A stretch of 63,697 bases of DNA, filler included, from Olpidium bornovanus S191 (GCA_017911155.1; 27 parts of 27 records of this genome joined end to end with filler, not necessarily neighbours in it); one strand, 5' to 3'; shown: positions 12,242 to 23,429, counted from the whole stretch's first letter. The notes: generated by a model not told the origin, from the sequence alone. Numbers and translations: made by a program.

Positions 12242-14827
12242 CCGGAAGCGGCGGAGAGGTTCGCTGTCAACTCGAGAGCGCGTTCGGACACCCCAAAAGG
12301 GCGTTTGCCGCGGGGTGGAAACCAGGTGTCGGGTGTGAGAAAACGGGCAACGGTTGCGTGTTCGCCCTGACGTCACGTGATTAAGCCACCAATGGGCCAC
12401 CGTGCCGCGCATCCAAGTCGGAACAGCAAGCAGCACTCCCCGTGCATGGNNNNNNNNNNNNNNNNNNNNNNNNNNNNNNNNNNNNNNNNNNNNTTAATTA
12501 ATTAANNNNNNNNNNNNNNNNNNNNNNNNNNNNNNNNNNNNNNNNNNNNCAGTGCAGCAACCGGGTTCGAAGGCGATGGCGGGTCAGCGACAGCATTATT
12601 CGACGAAAGTGAAAGCATAGAATTGCCTGAAGGTGTAAGAGATAAAGGCGCTAGTTGGGTAGGCATCATGGGTTTGCAAAGATGCCAAAATAGGCTATTT
12701 CGGGATACGAATACGGGGTTTTATATATATATGTATTGACAAAGGCACAACCATTGAGCATGCAATTCGATTGATCGGCGCAATATGTATATTTTCAGGT
12801 TGCGCGCTCAATTTGGAAAGGCCGCCACGCGGGCTGGTCGACAAAGGTGCAACCGATGGGCACGCAATTGGAGACGTCGGTGACGAATGAGGAAGCTTTG
12901 GAAAAACGAACGGTGTGAATTACGAGAATCAATTCGGCGGCCCGCAAACATTTTGCGGGAAAAAATCAACGGACGCGATTGACATACCAGAGAACACCTA
13001 CCAGGACGAACACGAGGTCGTCCCCTTCGTTGATCTTCGTATGCGCGTCGACTTTCCCCACGGCGTCTGGTTGCTCGACAATTTTCTCCTCGACGTCGGG
13101 GGGGTGGGGGGGGGGCCTCGAGAACAGTCTGGCATTAGCAGCGGGAGAGCGAGGACGTACATCAGGATGCGCCTCAGTTTCCGACCTCCCTCCCTTCCCT
13201 TTCCCCCGCCTCCCGCCGCCGATAACGGCAAGGGACCAGGCAGGCACTTACCAAGGAGACTGTCGTCTCGCCGCTACAATCAAAAAGAAGGCCCTTTTAG
13301 AACATGCAGTCGACATGGGCCAGCGTCTGGTACACCTGCGAGAACATGGTCGCGGTTAAACGTTGTGACCGGTACCAGGTACAACGTTATATGTACCAAA
13401 CCATCTATAATGGCATCTAATTCGGAACAGACCCTGCAGCCCTACTTTCATGACAGGTCAACCCGGGCGTCCAGCGCGTCCTCGCCTCTTCCGCGAGCTT
13501 TACACTTTGCCTAGGCTACTCCAGGGAAACCGTCGCCCGCCAAACCCTCCTCGCGCCGCTATCATCTTTTTCCACGGAGGCGGGCGGAGTTCTCTGCGCT
13601 TTGCAACGCGGGATTTATCGGTCATCTTGTCGCCCGTGAGGGAGGGTAGGCGGCGGAATCTGACGTCAACATGCGTGGGAACTCGTTGACCGTTGTCCTT
13701 TCGGCCAGCTTCTTGGCACCTTTGTCAACCGTCATCAGGCCACTTGGCCCGGTTACCGCGCCGGATGGCAGGACGCAAAACAGGGTGCGAAGCCGCTGGG
13801 CCTTTTGAACCGGGTGACAAAAGCCCCCCACGAACATGCGTTTTCCCGAAGGATTGATTGATGCGCAGATTTTTTTGCCCGCTTTTTTCGGACCGAACCG
13901 CGCCTGAACAGGTTCAGCGGCTTCTTTGACCTGCCGAAGACGAGGGCGGACAGCGGCCTTGGAGACCGCTGGGGAGGAACCAGGGGAGATTCCTCCGGAA
14001 CCTGTGGCGATAAATTTTTTGCGGATGCGGAAATCCCAATCCCGGGCAAATCAGCGATCGAGGAAAACAGAACAGGGGATATTTTCTTTTTTCTTTCTTT
14101 CTTCTTTTCCCCCCTTTTCTCCCGCCGTCGCTTGCCCAAAGGTTTTTTTTTTAAAAAAAAAAAAACGAAAAAGAAAGGAAACGGGATTCGCGGCGGCGCC
14201 AAGGAGAAAAACGAAAACGAAACGAAAACAAAACGTCCCGCCGCTCCTTCTCACCTCGAAGAGGCTCGGGCCGATTTCAATCATCCCTTTAATCACCCGG
14301 ACGACCTTTTCCGCGGCGGACTAAAGCAGTTCGACCCCAACGCCCACTTCCCGTTCCATTTCGCCTAGTTCCTACCCATAGAACATTGCCCATTAAAAGA
14401 ACGCAGAAACGATGGCGCCCACAAAACAGACCTGGCTGAAAAAAAGAAAAAGGACCCCCCTGAGGAAGAACAAGGGGGAAAAAAGACTGGAAAATGAGAT
14501 ATGATTTCCGAAGACGAAAAGGAACACAATACTTTTGTCTGCGCCCGCGGGATTGGCTTTTGGCCTTCGTTGCCGCTGCCGTCGTCGTCTGCTTCAGACG
14601 CGGATACGGCCGCCGGCTGTTGGGAGACTTGGTTATGTGGGAATGCCGGGGTTCAGCAGACTGGTACTCCATCATCCAAATATCTCAGAAAGCCGCAGCC
14701 AAACATTTTAAAGTAAAAGGGCCTTTACTTTGAGTAAGCCCAAATGTTTATGTCCCTCTTTCAAGTTTTCTATTTTGTGAAATAAAAATGGTTCAAGAAC
14801 AAACAGAATCAAGCAGGTCTTGCATGT

Positions 14828-14948
14828 GCCACAGAGAGTGATGACGCTGATGTTTGAAACATTCAGCCACCAGAGTGGACATGACAACATGCCACAGAGA
14901 GTGATGACGCTGATGTTTGAAACATTCAGCCACCAGAGTGGACATGAC
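14828..14948. repeat. 63-bp tandem duplication (about 2 copies)
   Basis: GCCACAGAGAGTGATGACGCTGATGTTTGAAACATTCAGCCACCAGAGTGGACATGACA starts at 14828 and again at 14891. Confidence 0.9.
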
Positions 14949-15168
14949 ATGAAAACTAACAAACCCTATGGGAGCATTAGTTGAGGAAGCAAAAAAGTAA
15001 AGAAGACAATTAGCAATGCCTAGTTTCGATCTAGGGACATTTGGGTTATGAGCCCAACGGACTGCCACNNNNNNNNNNNNNNNNNNNNNNNNNNNNNNNN
15101 NNNNNNNNNNNNTTAATTAATTAANNNNNNNNNNNNNNNNNNNNNNNNNNNNNNNNNNNNNNNNNNNN

Positions 15169-16337
15169 GCACCCGCCAAGGATCGACAGGAACGGCTTCT
15201 CAGGGGACTCGAGAACCTTCGCGAAGTAGTCGAGTTCCTTTTTCATAAGAAATCCGGCCGCGCGATCCTTCAGGTTTACGCCGACCATGGAACTGTGAGC
15301 GCGGTGCGCGGTACCAAAGGCGTCGTTGACGTAGACATCGCCGAGCTTGGACAACGAGGCGCGGAATTTCTTGAGGTCCTCCTCCGACGCTTTGATCTGA
15401 TCAACCAAGTCAAAAAAATCCGGGCCAGGTGTAAGAAGCAACATCACGACGCGACACGGCCTCAACTTCCCACTCACCTTCTTGCCGTCCTCCGTTTTCA
15501 CCGAGCCCTCTTCCTCAACGTGGAAGCGCAGGTTCTCCAGGAGGATGATTTCACCTGCAGTCCGCCAAGCAGGAGTTTCCGACAAGTTACAATCCGCATG
15601 AAATGTCAATTGATGCACTCAAGCCTGTGGCAAGCGTACCGTTGGAAGCGGCGGCGCACTTCTCTTCGACCTCGGCGCCCACGCAATCGTTCAGGAAGAC
15701 CACGGGCTTCCCGATCAGCTTCGAGAGCTCCTCAGCGACGGGCTTCAGGGAGTACTTCTCGACGCGCTTCCCGTCGGGACGGCCAAGGTGGGACATAAGA
15801 ACGAGGGTCTTGGCACCTATCCCGCCGGAAAGCCGGGAAAAAATAACATAAAGGCGGCTGAGAACACGCGGAGCAAGGTGGTGGGGTCGTCAGAAAACAT
15901 TCGGCGTCCGCACAGACCATTGTCCAGAGTGTACTTGATGCTGGGCAACGCAGCAACGATGCGCTGGTTGTTGGTGATCTTGCACGACTTGTCAAGGGGG
16001 ACGTTGAAGTCGACGCTGGAGGTGTGTGCGCGTTTGGGTGTGTATGCGAGGCGACGCGACGGACAAGCAGAAGAAACAAAACACCCGAGTAAAAACCCTT
16101 GCAGAGGGACGGCGAGCAGAGCGCAGCAAAAGCCAAGACTGAACGGCGGAAAGACTCGACGCGGCCGCTGGAAACCGTGGCGCTGGGAGAGAAGGAGAGG
16201 GAGAAGACGAGGGTCGCACGGAGGGGGGGCGTTTGCCGAGGGAGAGGCGGGGGCAGCACCGCATACCGCATGAGCACGCGCTTCCCCTTGAGGTCAAGGT
16301 CCTTGATGGACAGCTTGTTGCTAAGCTTGGCGGGCAT
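15169..16337 (-). CDS. PGK1: Phosphoglycerate kinase, multi-exon, 3'-truncated
   Basis: [24 protein letters not shown] / VDFNVPLD...[14 protein letters not shown] / [10 protein letters not shown] / [13 protein letters not shown] / [21 protein letters not shown] / [28 protein letters not shown]. Confidence 0.98.
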
Positions 16338-16466
16338 TGTCGCGGGCTGTTGTTCGCGGGTTGGCGGGTTTTTTTTTTGGTTTATTCTGTTTTGCGTTTA
16401 CGTTTCGCGGGCGGTCTGTGTTGGAGCGGGCATTTCCGTCAATTCCCGCCTTCCCTTTCCTCTTTC

Positions 16467-16541
<75 letters not shown>

Positions 16542-17037
16542 NNNNNNNNNNNNNNNNNNNNNNNNNNNNNNNNNNNNNNNNNNNNTTAATTAATTAANNN
16601 NNNNNNNNNNNNNNNNNNNNNNNNNNNNNNNNNNNNNNNNNCATGGGTCCCGACATCACGATCCGCGTTTTTTTCTGATTTTTTTTTTTGGGGGGGGGAT
16701 CTGTCGGATGTCGGGCCCAAAGGCGGAGAAGAGAGGAAGAGAGTAAAGCCTTTCAGTTGCGAATTCTAGGTTGGAGGAGGTGATACACGACTTTGTTGCG
16801 ACTCTGCGGCTCAGTCTTTCCTCCTTGCAAGCGTTTCCTTTGTTTTTTTTTTTTTTGGACGAAATTCCGCGGGAATGCTTAATTGAAAGACCTCTTGCGT
16901 TTGCCCCGTTTCCTTTTTTATTGATGGCCGGTTGGTTATCTAAGACAGGCGGGCCGTGGTTGAAAAACGGGAAACGGGACGATCCCGGAGGGTGAGGGGT
17001 ACCCGACCGCGCACACGCACGCCCGTGAAACGCGTCG

Positions 17038-17079
<42 letters not shown>

Positions 17080-17285
17080 ACCTTTTTTTTTCCGCTTCTT
17101 TTCCCCGAACCGGCTGCGGGGGATCAAAAACCCTCAGCGACCGCTTTATCCGGCAGCCGAAAAAGAAAAAAATAAAAAAAATAAATAAAGGAGAAAACAA
17201 AAAAAAACTGCGCAGGCCAAACATCCCAAGACGCGTTTGCTTTGTCGCTTCCCCCATTTGTCTCAGCGACCCGGGGCAGCCAAAA

Positions 17286-17323
<38 letters not shown>

Positions 17324-19589
17324 GAAGGCCGCCCGGCGTGGGGAGGAAAGAAAAAAAAAACTTGAATCTGGACAATCCGCAAAACGCTTACCAACTTGGT
17401 TGTCGCGGCGCGGTAGGCGGGGTTTGGCACCACCTCCTCCCCCAGAGAAGCGGATGACCATTGACAGCAAATGGCACGCCACAAGGGCACGTAGGGACAC
17501 GGCGGTGATGGGGGGTAATGTACGTTTTTTTTTTGTAGCAGACCGCAGAACTCCCCGAAAACCGCGCTGCAAGCAGCAAACTGCCCGCCGAAGTAAGCAG
17601 CGTTTTCCCGACGAACCCCGGGGACGGCTGTAGTGCAGTCGTCCCTTCCGATGTACTCGCATCCGGACGACTCCTGACAACAGCTCAAGCAGAATTTCCC
17701 GGTTTCCATTGCGCTTGTTTTGACCACAACTTACAACTCATACCCCGACAGCCGAATTGCGAGCTATCTGAAGAACATTTTTTGGTTCAGGGGAAACTCC
17801 CTCAAGCCGGAAATCAACGGGGAAATGGGGTGCGCCGAGCGGTAAAATGCCATTCGGAAAGGGGACATCCGCAGCTCCCAAATGCACCTCCAGAAAGCTT
17901 TGAATATGTTGGGAGTTAAAACGAGAATCAAAGGTGACACCGCAGTGGCGAGAGGCTTCGAAGGGGGGGGGGGGGGGGGGGGGGTTTGTTCTATTTCAAC
18001 CCGCCCTTGTCTGGCAACTCGAAGTGACCCCAAGTTCAAAAGCGAGAGCATCCGAAAAGCAGCGAAAAGTTTTCCAGGCACACCAAAAACTAATACCCCA
18101 GTGCTAAAAAAGTCGACGATCTCTCCCTTAACTCTCCTTCAGAACAATGTCCGCACGAGTGTCACACTCTGCACAGCTTCTGGGGACACGCTCCTGAAGG
18201 ACTTTAGTCAAAAGCTGGGCGGCGCACGTGTGTGCTCAGCTGATTTTTGTATCCTTTCAGTCCTCCCGCTTCTGGTGGGGCTTCGTTTTTGTTTTACTTT
18301 GGGTTATGCGAGAGAAGGGCACACCAGTTGGTTGGCCTGGTGGATTTGGATTATCCAGCCCGCAAATGGATTTTTTTTTTTGAGGCCCGACCATTTCCAC
18401 ACACTTGCCCATTTGTTAATTACATAAACGGTTTGGGAGCCAGAGGGAGGAAGAGCGAGGGGCGCCGCACGTAAGTACGCAGTGAGCCTGTGAGAATAAG
18501 GCGAAAAGGAAACTATTCGAGGCGTGACATTGCTATCTTTTTCAGGCCTATTTAGAGTGTAATTTTAATAGGGGTTCAAAAGGGGGAATACAGGGGCTGG
18601 NNNNNNNNNNNNNNNNNNNNNNNNNNNNNNNNNNNNNNNNNNNNTTAATTAATTAANNNNNNNNNNNNNNNNNNNNNNNNNNNNNNNNNNNNNNNNNNNN
18701 AAATCAGGAACTGCCGCGGGGTGATTCTTGTTCGCCGGGGGCTGCAGAAGGTGTTCGTCCGGCAAAAGCCAGAGTCGCCGAGAATTAGCGCTGCCGCAGC
18801 GTGCTGAATTCGGAATCATGGGACGGTCTGCTACCGCCAAGGAGCACCGTCCTGATCCAGAGCCGCGCAAACCAAAGCAGATGCCAAAAGTGCCCGGATT
18901 CGGGGGACGTGGGGGCCCCGCGGCCGCATCATGACTTTCCAGGCACGTGCTTTTCGTTACGTTCGGTTTACACGAACAGGCGCCGCCCGATCTTCTTCCT
19001 CCCGTGAGCGCCCCGAAACGGTTTTGCCAGGGCTCCCGGCTCTCGCAATCGCCCGGCGGCTCCCTTCGACGATGAAGCGCGGCACGAAATCCAAGCGAAC
19101 CCCATTTTAAAAGCGGCTGTTTGGCTTTCTCGCATGTCACAATCCAGACGCTGAAGCGGGCAAATAATTGGGACGCCGTTTTCGGGGAGGGGGGAGGAGA
19201 GGGGGATTTACATATAAATTAATGCTGTAATTGGTGAAATAAAAAAAGACGAGAGCCCTTCCTCCCCGCGCGCGCCCGGCTCGCGCCCTCGTTTTCCGCG
19301 CGGCCGGATAAACGGTGGATTTCGCGCCGCAGAACGCCGGCGGAGACCAACGGAAGCTCGAGACGCGATGTCGCGCCCGCCAATATGCATCTATCGGACG
19401 CCGGCGCAGACACCCTCCGCCTCCTCCCGCCCGTCCCTCCTCCGCATCCCTGCTCGGCAAGTACGTCCACAACACGCGGGGGCTGGCCGCGTTACCACTG
19501 AATTCTGAATTTACCACTATTCCAATGTATCCTGCCTCATTATTATGCTGCCAATATAAAAAAAAACAGTTGACATCCGCAGCAGTCAT

Positions 19590-20042
19590 TTAAAACCAAT
19601 AATCATTACGACGCTTGTGTTCTCGTTTAACAAATAGGACGTCAAATATTTCAGCCGGAAGCAAAACATCCTGTATCTGATATCGCGCCTGTCGTAAAAT
19701 TTGTGTTACAATGTTTTCAAAATCAGGTACTTTTTCCATTATATAATTTTCAACTGTATAGTTCTTGTCAACCTCCTTGTAAGAATTAAAAGTGTATTCA
19801 CCCAAGTCTACAAATTTATCTAATATATCTTGTACATCATTTATTGTAAATGTGAAGTTCTGTTTTTCCTGTTCATACTTCACCTCTCTGTCTCGTTTTT
19901 CAGCGGCTTTAATTGTCTGCGGTGAAATATTAAACTTTCTGTTTAGTGTATTTACACTAGTTTTAAGTTGGTTGATTGCCTTCTGTAATTCATCGCATTC
20001 ATTCAAGTCATCTATTTCTATCTCCTGTTGTTTTTTTGGCAT
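19590..20042 (-). CDS. 150-aa intronless ORFan (K/E/N/I-rich, N-terminal coiled coil)
   Basis: Clean ATG-to-TAA ORF in AT-rich DNA where chance ORFs of this length are unlikely; codon usage is unlike the host genes; no recognisable domain. Confidence 0.7.
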   Translation of the reverse strand: MPKKQQEIEIDDLNECDELQKAINQLKTSVNTLNRKFNISPQTIKAAEKRDREVKYEQEKQNFTFTINDVQDILDKFVDLGEYTFNSYKEVDKNYTVENYIMEKVPDFENIVTQILRQARYQIQDVLLPAEIFDVLFVKREHKRRNDYWF

Positions 20043-20136
20043 TTTGTAATATGTAAAGATAATATAATGGAAAGTCTCGCCGAATTATTGAAAAATTACT
20101 ATCTTAAAATTGAACTTGAGGGAGTAAGTCTTACAT

Positions 20137-20562
20137 GTGCAACATGCTCCTGAAGTGCCCGAAAAAAAATTAGACCCTTTAGTGATACTCATGGCAGATG
20201 ACAACTCCACCGTCCAACAAATGTTTACTCGATATTTCGAATTGAAGGGTCACAAGGTATTTACAGCAAACGATGGTTATGAATTGGTAAATCAGTATAA
20301 ACTGAATGTAACAGACATTGTAATAACAGATATTGAAATGCCTCTAAGACGCGGCTTGGATGCCATAAAAGACATACGATTATTCGAAGAACAAAGAAAA
20401 GTCTCTCGCGTGCCTATCATTGCCATTAGTGGATATGCCATGAAAGAGTATCAAGATAAATCAAAAGATGCTGGGGCAGATGAATTTGTTCATAAAGCAA
20501 CATCGTATCCCTTTAAACATATTGAAGATTTGATGTTGAAACACTGCGGCAAGGTTCTTTAA
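20137..20562 (+). CDS. Stand-alone CheY-like response-regulator receiver domain protein; 5' end ambiguous or frameshifted
   Basis: VILMADDN (acidic pocket), VITDIEMP (phospho-Asp), PIIAISG (conserved S/T) and AGADEFVHK (conserved Lys). There is an in-frame TAA at 20125 and no ATG until 20191; an upstream ATG at 20067 is one base out of frame. Confidence 0.88.
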   Translation: MQHAPEVPEKKLDPLVILMADDNSTVQQMFTRYFELKGHKVFTANDGYELVNQYKLNVTDIVITDIEMPLRRGLDAIKDIRLFEEQRKVSRVPIIAISGYAMKEYQDKSKDAGADEFVHKATSYPFKHIEDLMLKHCGKVL

Positions 20563-20705
20563 ATACCGCGATTGTTCAAAAGTATGTCAACATAAGAGCC
20601 ATGGTTTGCCAACAGTTTTGCCAAAAGCGCCATAAAGTGTTGATGCTCCTGTGTATCTGTGGAGTGAAGTCAGGCTGAAACTCTGATTGATCAGAATATG
20701 TAGAG

Positions 20706-21028
20706 GGTAGCGTTGGTAGCGTTTGGTGCGCTACCTCGATAACATGTAGTAAAGCCTATATTTTTTTTATTATTTATGAAGGGTTTTTTATGGAGGTAGC
20801 GTGGAAGCGTCATTTTTCCAAATGTTTTGCCAAGCAAAAAAAAAAAAGTTGCAACCAAAAAAATTTTAATCTGTCTAGACTTTCTTTCAGGAAAATGACG
20901 CTACCACGCTACCTTGCCGAAATTTTCCAGGAATTGCACAAATCAACTCTAAACTGTACCAGAACACATCAAAATTGAACATGTCACGGTAGCGCGGCAA
21001 AATAAAATGAAGGCTACCTCACGCTACC
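20706..21028. repeat. Cluster of the heptamer GGTAGCG/CGCTACC in both orientations
   Basis: GGTAGCG at 20706, 20715, 20795 and 20988; CGCTACC at 20729, 20899, 20907 and 21022; plus a GGCTACC variant at about 21012. Confidence 0.85.
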
Positions 21029-21722
21029 TCTCGCAACCCACTCCAACAAAAAGTGAAAATACGAAAATTAACTTGGCAATTTGGCAGAACCGACCGGAAT
21101 ACCGGTCGAAAAGTCAGGGGTCACCCCTATTGCCACGTGGGGGGTCACATGACCAAGGGGTAAATCTGCCCTTTTGTTTTGCCAAAGGCGACCTGCCTCT
21201 CCATGACACAGCATAATTCACACAAATCATGCATGTCAAAGTATGCTGCCTACATTGTCAACAGTGCATCTGTAATTTTTCAACAATGTATCTCCTTTTT
21301 ACCTATGGGTAAATAGATTTTATATGAGGTAAATTTATATCAGGCAAANNNNNNNNNNNNNNNNNNNNNNNNNNNNNNNNNNNNNNNNNNNNTTAATTAA
21401 TTAANNNNNNNNNNNNNNNNNNNNNNNNNNNNNNNNNNNNNNNNNNNNCCGTCCGCCGATTCCCGAGTCGCAGGAAATCCGCAATGCCCGCGAACGAGCG
21501 CGACGGAGGTACGCGACGTAAATAAGGCGTTTTTTTGGATACATGCGTATATATAGAAGAAACGGATGTGTGGGTATGATAAGAGTAAAATGATGGGGGT
21601 GGTGGTGGAACAGACGTGACCGATGTTTAGGCGGAAGGATAAGAGAGAATGAGAAGGGCGAGTCCGGGTAACAGAAACAAAAAACAAATACGAGAGAGTG
21701 AGAGAAAGAGAGAGAGAGAAAG

Positions 21723-21834
21723 AAACGAAAAACAACGTCGTATTCTAGACGGTGATCCGAGGGACGACGAGCGAGAGAGAAAAAAACGAAAAACAACGTC
21801 GTATTCTAGACGGTGATCCGAGGGACGACGAGCG
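21723..21834. repeat. 51-bp direct duplication (period 61) spanning the stop codon of the C2H2 gene
   Basis: AAACGAAAAACAACGTCGTATTCTAGACGGTGATCCGAGGGACGACGAGCG at 21723-21773 and 21784-21834. Confidence 0.9.
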
Positions 21835-23191
21835 CCGTCGCCTCCATGCGCGCTTCGGGAGCGCGGGCGGGGCCGGGGCCGGGGCCGGTGCCGGAACCGG
21901 AGGCGGCGGACGGACCGGAGGGGCCCGCGCCGGCGGCCGCGTCCCAGCGGGAAGTCGCCCGAGAAAGCCGGGCGTCGAGCTCGGAAACCATGGTCGCGGC
22001 GATCGACAGCGTGTGCAGGGCGGTCCAGGAGCCGCCGTCGTGGGCGACGGCCGCCGCGGCCGCGGCCGCCTCCAGCGAGATGGCGGCTAGGGAGCGGAGG
22101 CCGCCGCGGCCGGACGGCGGCGGCGGCGAACCGGAGGGGCTTTGGTCGGCGGAGGGAGACGTCGCGGGCGACGGCGGGAGCGGGCCGCGGCCGGAAAAGG
22201 AGGGGAAAGAGAAGGAAGAGGCGGAGGAGGATGAGAACCAGCAGAGGGGCGCGGGCGGCGCCGGCGCGGACGGTGACCGCGAGAGCGGGGGCGAGAGCGA
22301 GAACAGCGGCGAGGGCGGCGGGGGCGACGCGAGCCCGCCGACGGGCGCCGCGGGGCCGCCGCCGCTGTCTGCCCGGTGCCGCCCGGCGCACTTCTCCGCC
22401 GCGGCGTCGCCGTCGCCGTCGCCGTCGTCGTCGCCGTCGGGGTCGTCGTAGTCCTCGCGGGGGCTCCAGCGGCGGCCGCCGGCGTCGGCCGAGGTCCCTA
22501 GACACGGCGGGTCGCTCTTTCCGAGAAGCAGGAAGGGAGACGAGGAGAATGAGGAGCAAGAGGAGGAGGAGGAGGAGGGGGGGGAGGGCTCGACTTTGCC
22601 GGGGAGTTTGGGCTTCCTGCCTGCGTTCGGCCGGGCGGGCGCGGGAAAGGCGGCAGCGGCGGCGGCCTTCCTGGACCCCGTTCCGCCCGGCTTGGAGTGG
22701 ATCCTGACGTGGCGGATCAGCTCGTCGGTCCTGCTGAACCGCTTCAGGCAGTGCGGGCACTGGTGCGGGCGCTCCCCGGAGTGCGTCCTCATGTGGCGCG
22801 TCTGGTGCTCGAGCCTCCGAAACGCCGTCTGGCAAGTCGGGCACTTGTACGGCCGCGGCGGGGTGGCGGCGGCCATATCTTGGGCGGGCGGCGGCGGCGG
22901 CGGCGGCGGCAGCAGCCGGGGTGGGCGGCGGCGGCGGTGGTTGTGGTTGTGGTGGTGGGAGAGGAGCTGCGGCTGCTGCTGCTGCGGCGGCGGGCCGGCA
23001 CCGTCCTGAGGAGGCGGGGGTTCGTCTGCTCGCCGTCGCCCTTCCGCGGACGCTGCGGCGGCGCGCCGGGGGGTTGAGGGGTCGCGCGGCGGCCGGGACG
23101 GATCGCCTGCGCCGCCGCCGAAGCCGTCGCGGCCGGCGGGGTAGGGCTGGAGAGGCCGGTGCTGCTGCTGCTGCGGGGGCGTGATGTCCAT
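21806..23191 (-). CDS. creA: C2H2 zinc-finger transcription factor, CreA/Mig1 family (carbon catabolite repressor-like)
   Basis: [53 protein letters not shown] matches the CreA/Mig1 finger pair; Ser/Pro-rich tail; likely ATG 23191 (MDITPPQQQ). Confidence 0.82.
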   Translation of the reverse strand: MDITPPQQQQHRPLQPYPAGRDGFGGGAGDPSRPPRDPSTPRRAAAASAEGRRRADEPPPPQDGAGPPPQQQQPQLLSHHHNHNHRRRRPPRLLPPPPPPPPAQDMAAATPPRPYKCPTCQTAFRRLEHQTRHMRTHSGERPHQCPHCLKRFSRTDELIRHVRIHSKPGGTGSRKAAAAAAFPAPARPNAGRKPKLPGKVEPSPPSSSSSSCSSFSSSPFLLLGKSDPPCLGTSADAGGRRWSPREDYDDPDGDDDGDGDGDAAAEKCAGRHRADSGGGPAAPVGGLASPPPPSPLFSLSPPLSRSPSAPAPPAPLCWFSSSSASSFSFPSFSGRGPLPPSPATSPSADQSPSGSPPPPSGRGGLRSLAAISLEAAAAAAAVAHDGGSWTALHTLSIAATMVSELDARLSRATSRWDAAAGAGPSGPSAASGSGTGPGPGPARAPEARMEATALVVPRITV

Positions 23192-23323
23192 GATTCTCTT
23201 GCCGTTTGGCGGGGAAGAGGGGGGAAGTTTGAAAAAAAAAAAAAAAAAAAAAAAGCGGGGAGGAGGGAGAGGGGCGAAACACAAGAAAGAGGAGAAAAAG
23301 AAAAGAAAAAACGAGGGGGGAAA

Positions 23324-23356
<33 letters not shown>

Positions 23357-23398
23357 GGGGGGGGGGGGGGGGGGGGGAAAGAGGGGGGGGGGGGGGGC

Positions 23399-23429
<31 letters not shown>

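Larger units (their letters stand above)
19500..21348. mobile_element. AT-rich foreign-looking island (candidate endogenous viral element or cargo-carrying DNA transposon end); left edge approximate, right edge is the contig end
   Basis: Abrupt shift from GC-rich host-like DNA to about 27-35% GC (lines counted at 19741 and 20221). It holds two intronless head-to-head ORFs followed by a motif- and palindrome-dense non-coding stretch. No hallmark transposase or capsid gene is present. Confidence 0.45.

Noticed and set aside
12990-14330. Short exon-like pieces on the - strand (SAAEKVVRVIKGMIEIGPSLFE; KINEGDDLVFVLVGVLW) as RhoGAP or TMEM-type genes
   Set aside because: They look coding with plausible splice sites but are too short to assign or to build a model.
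14828-14948. 63-bp, 57-bp and 29-bp repeats as CRISPR arrays
   Set aside because: Head-to-tail copies without unique spacers, no cas genes, and a eukaryotic context.
16642-18600. Gene model in this contig
   Set aside because: Possible small exons on the - strand (about 17640-17880) but no recognisable product; mostly low-complexity DNA.
20124-20173. GTAAGT...TTAG intron rescuing the receiver gene start
   Set aside because: Splicing exon 20067-20123 to the acceptors at 20155, 20173, 20182 or 20197 never gives the receiver frame; 20173 and 20182 hit a stop at once.
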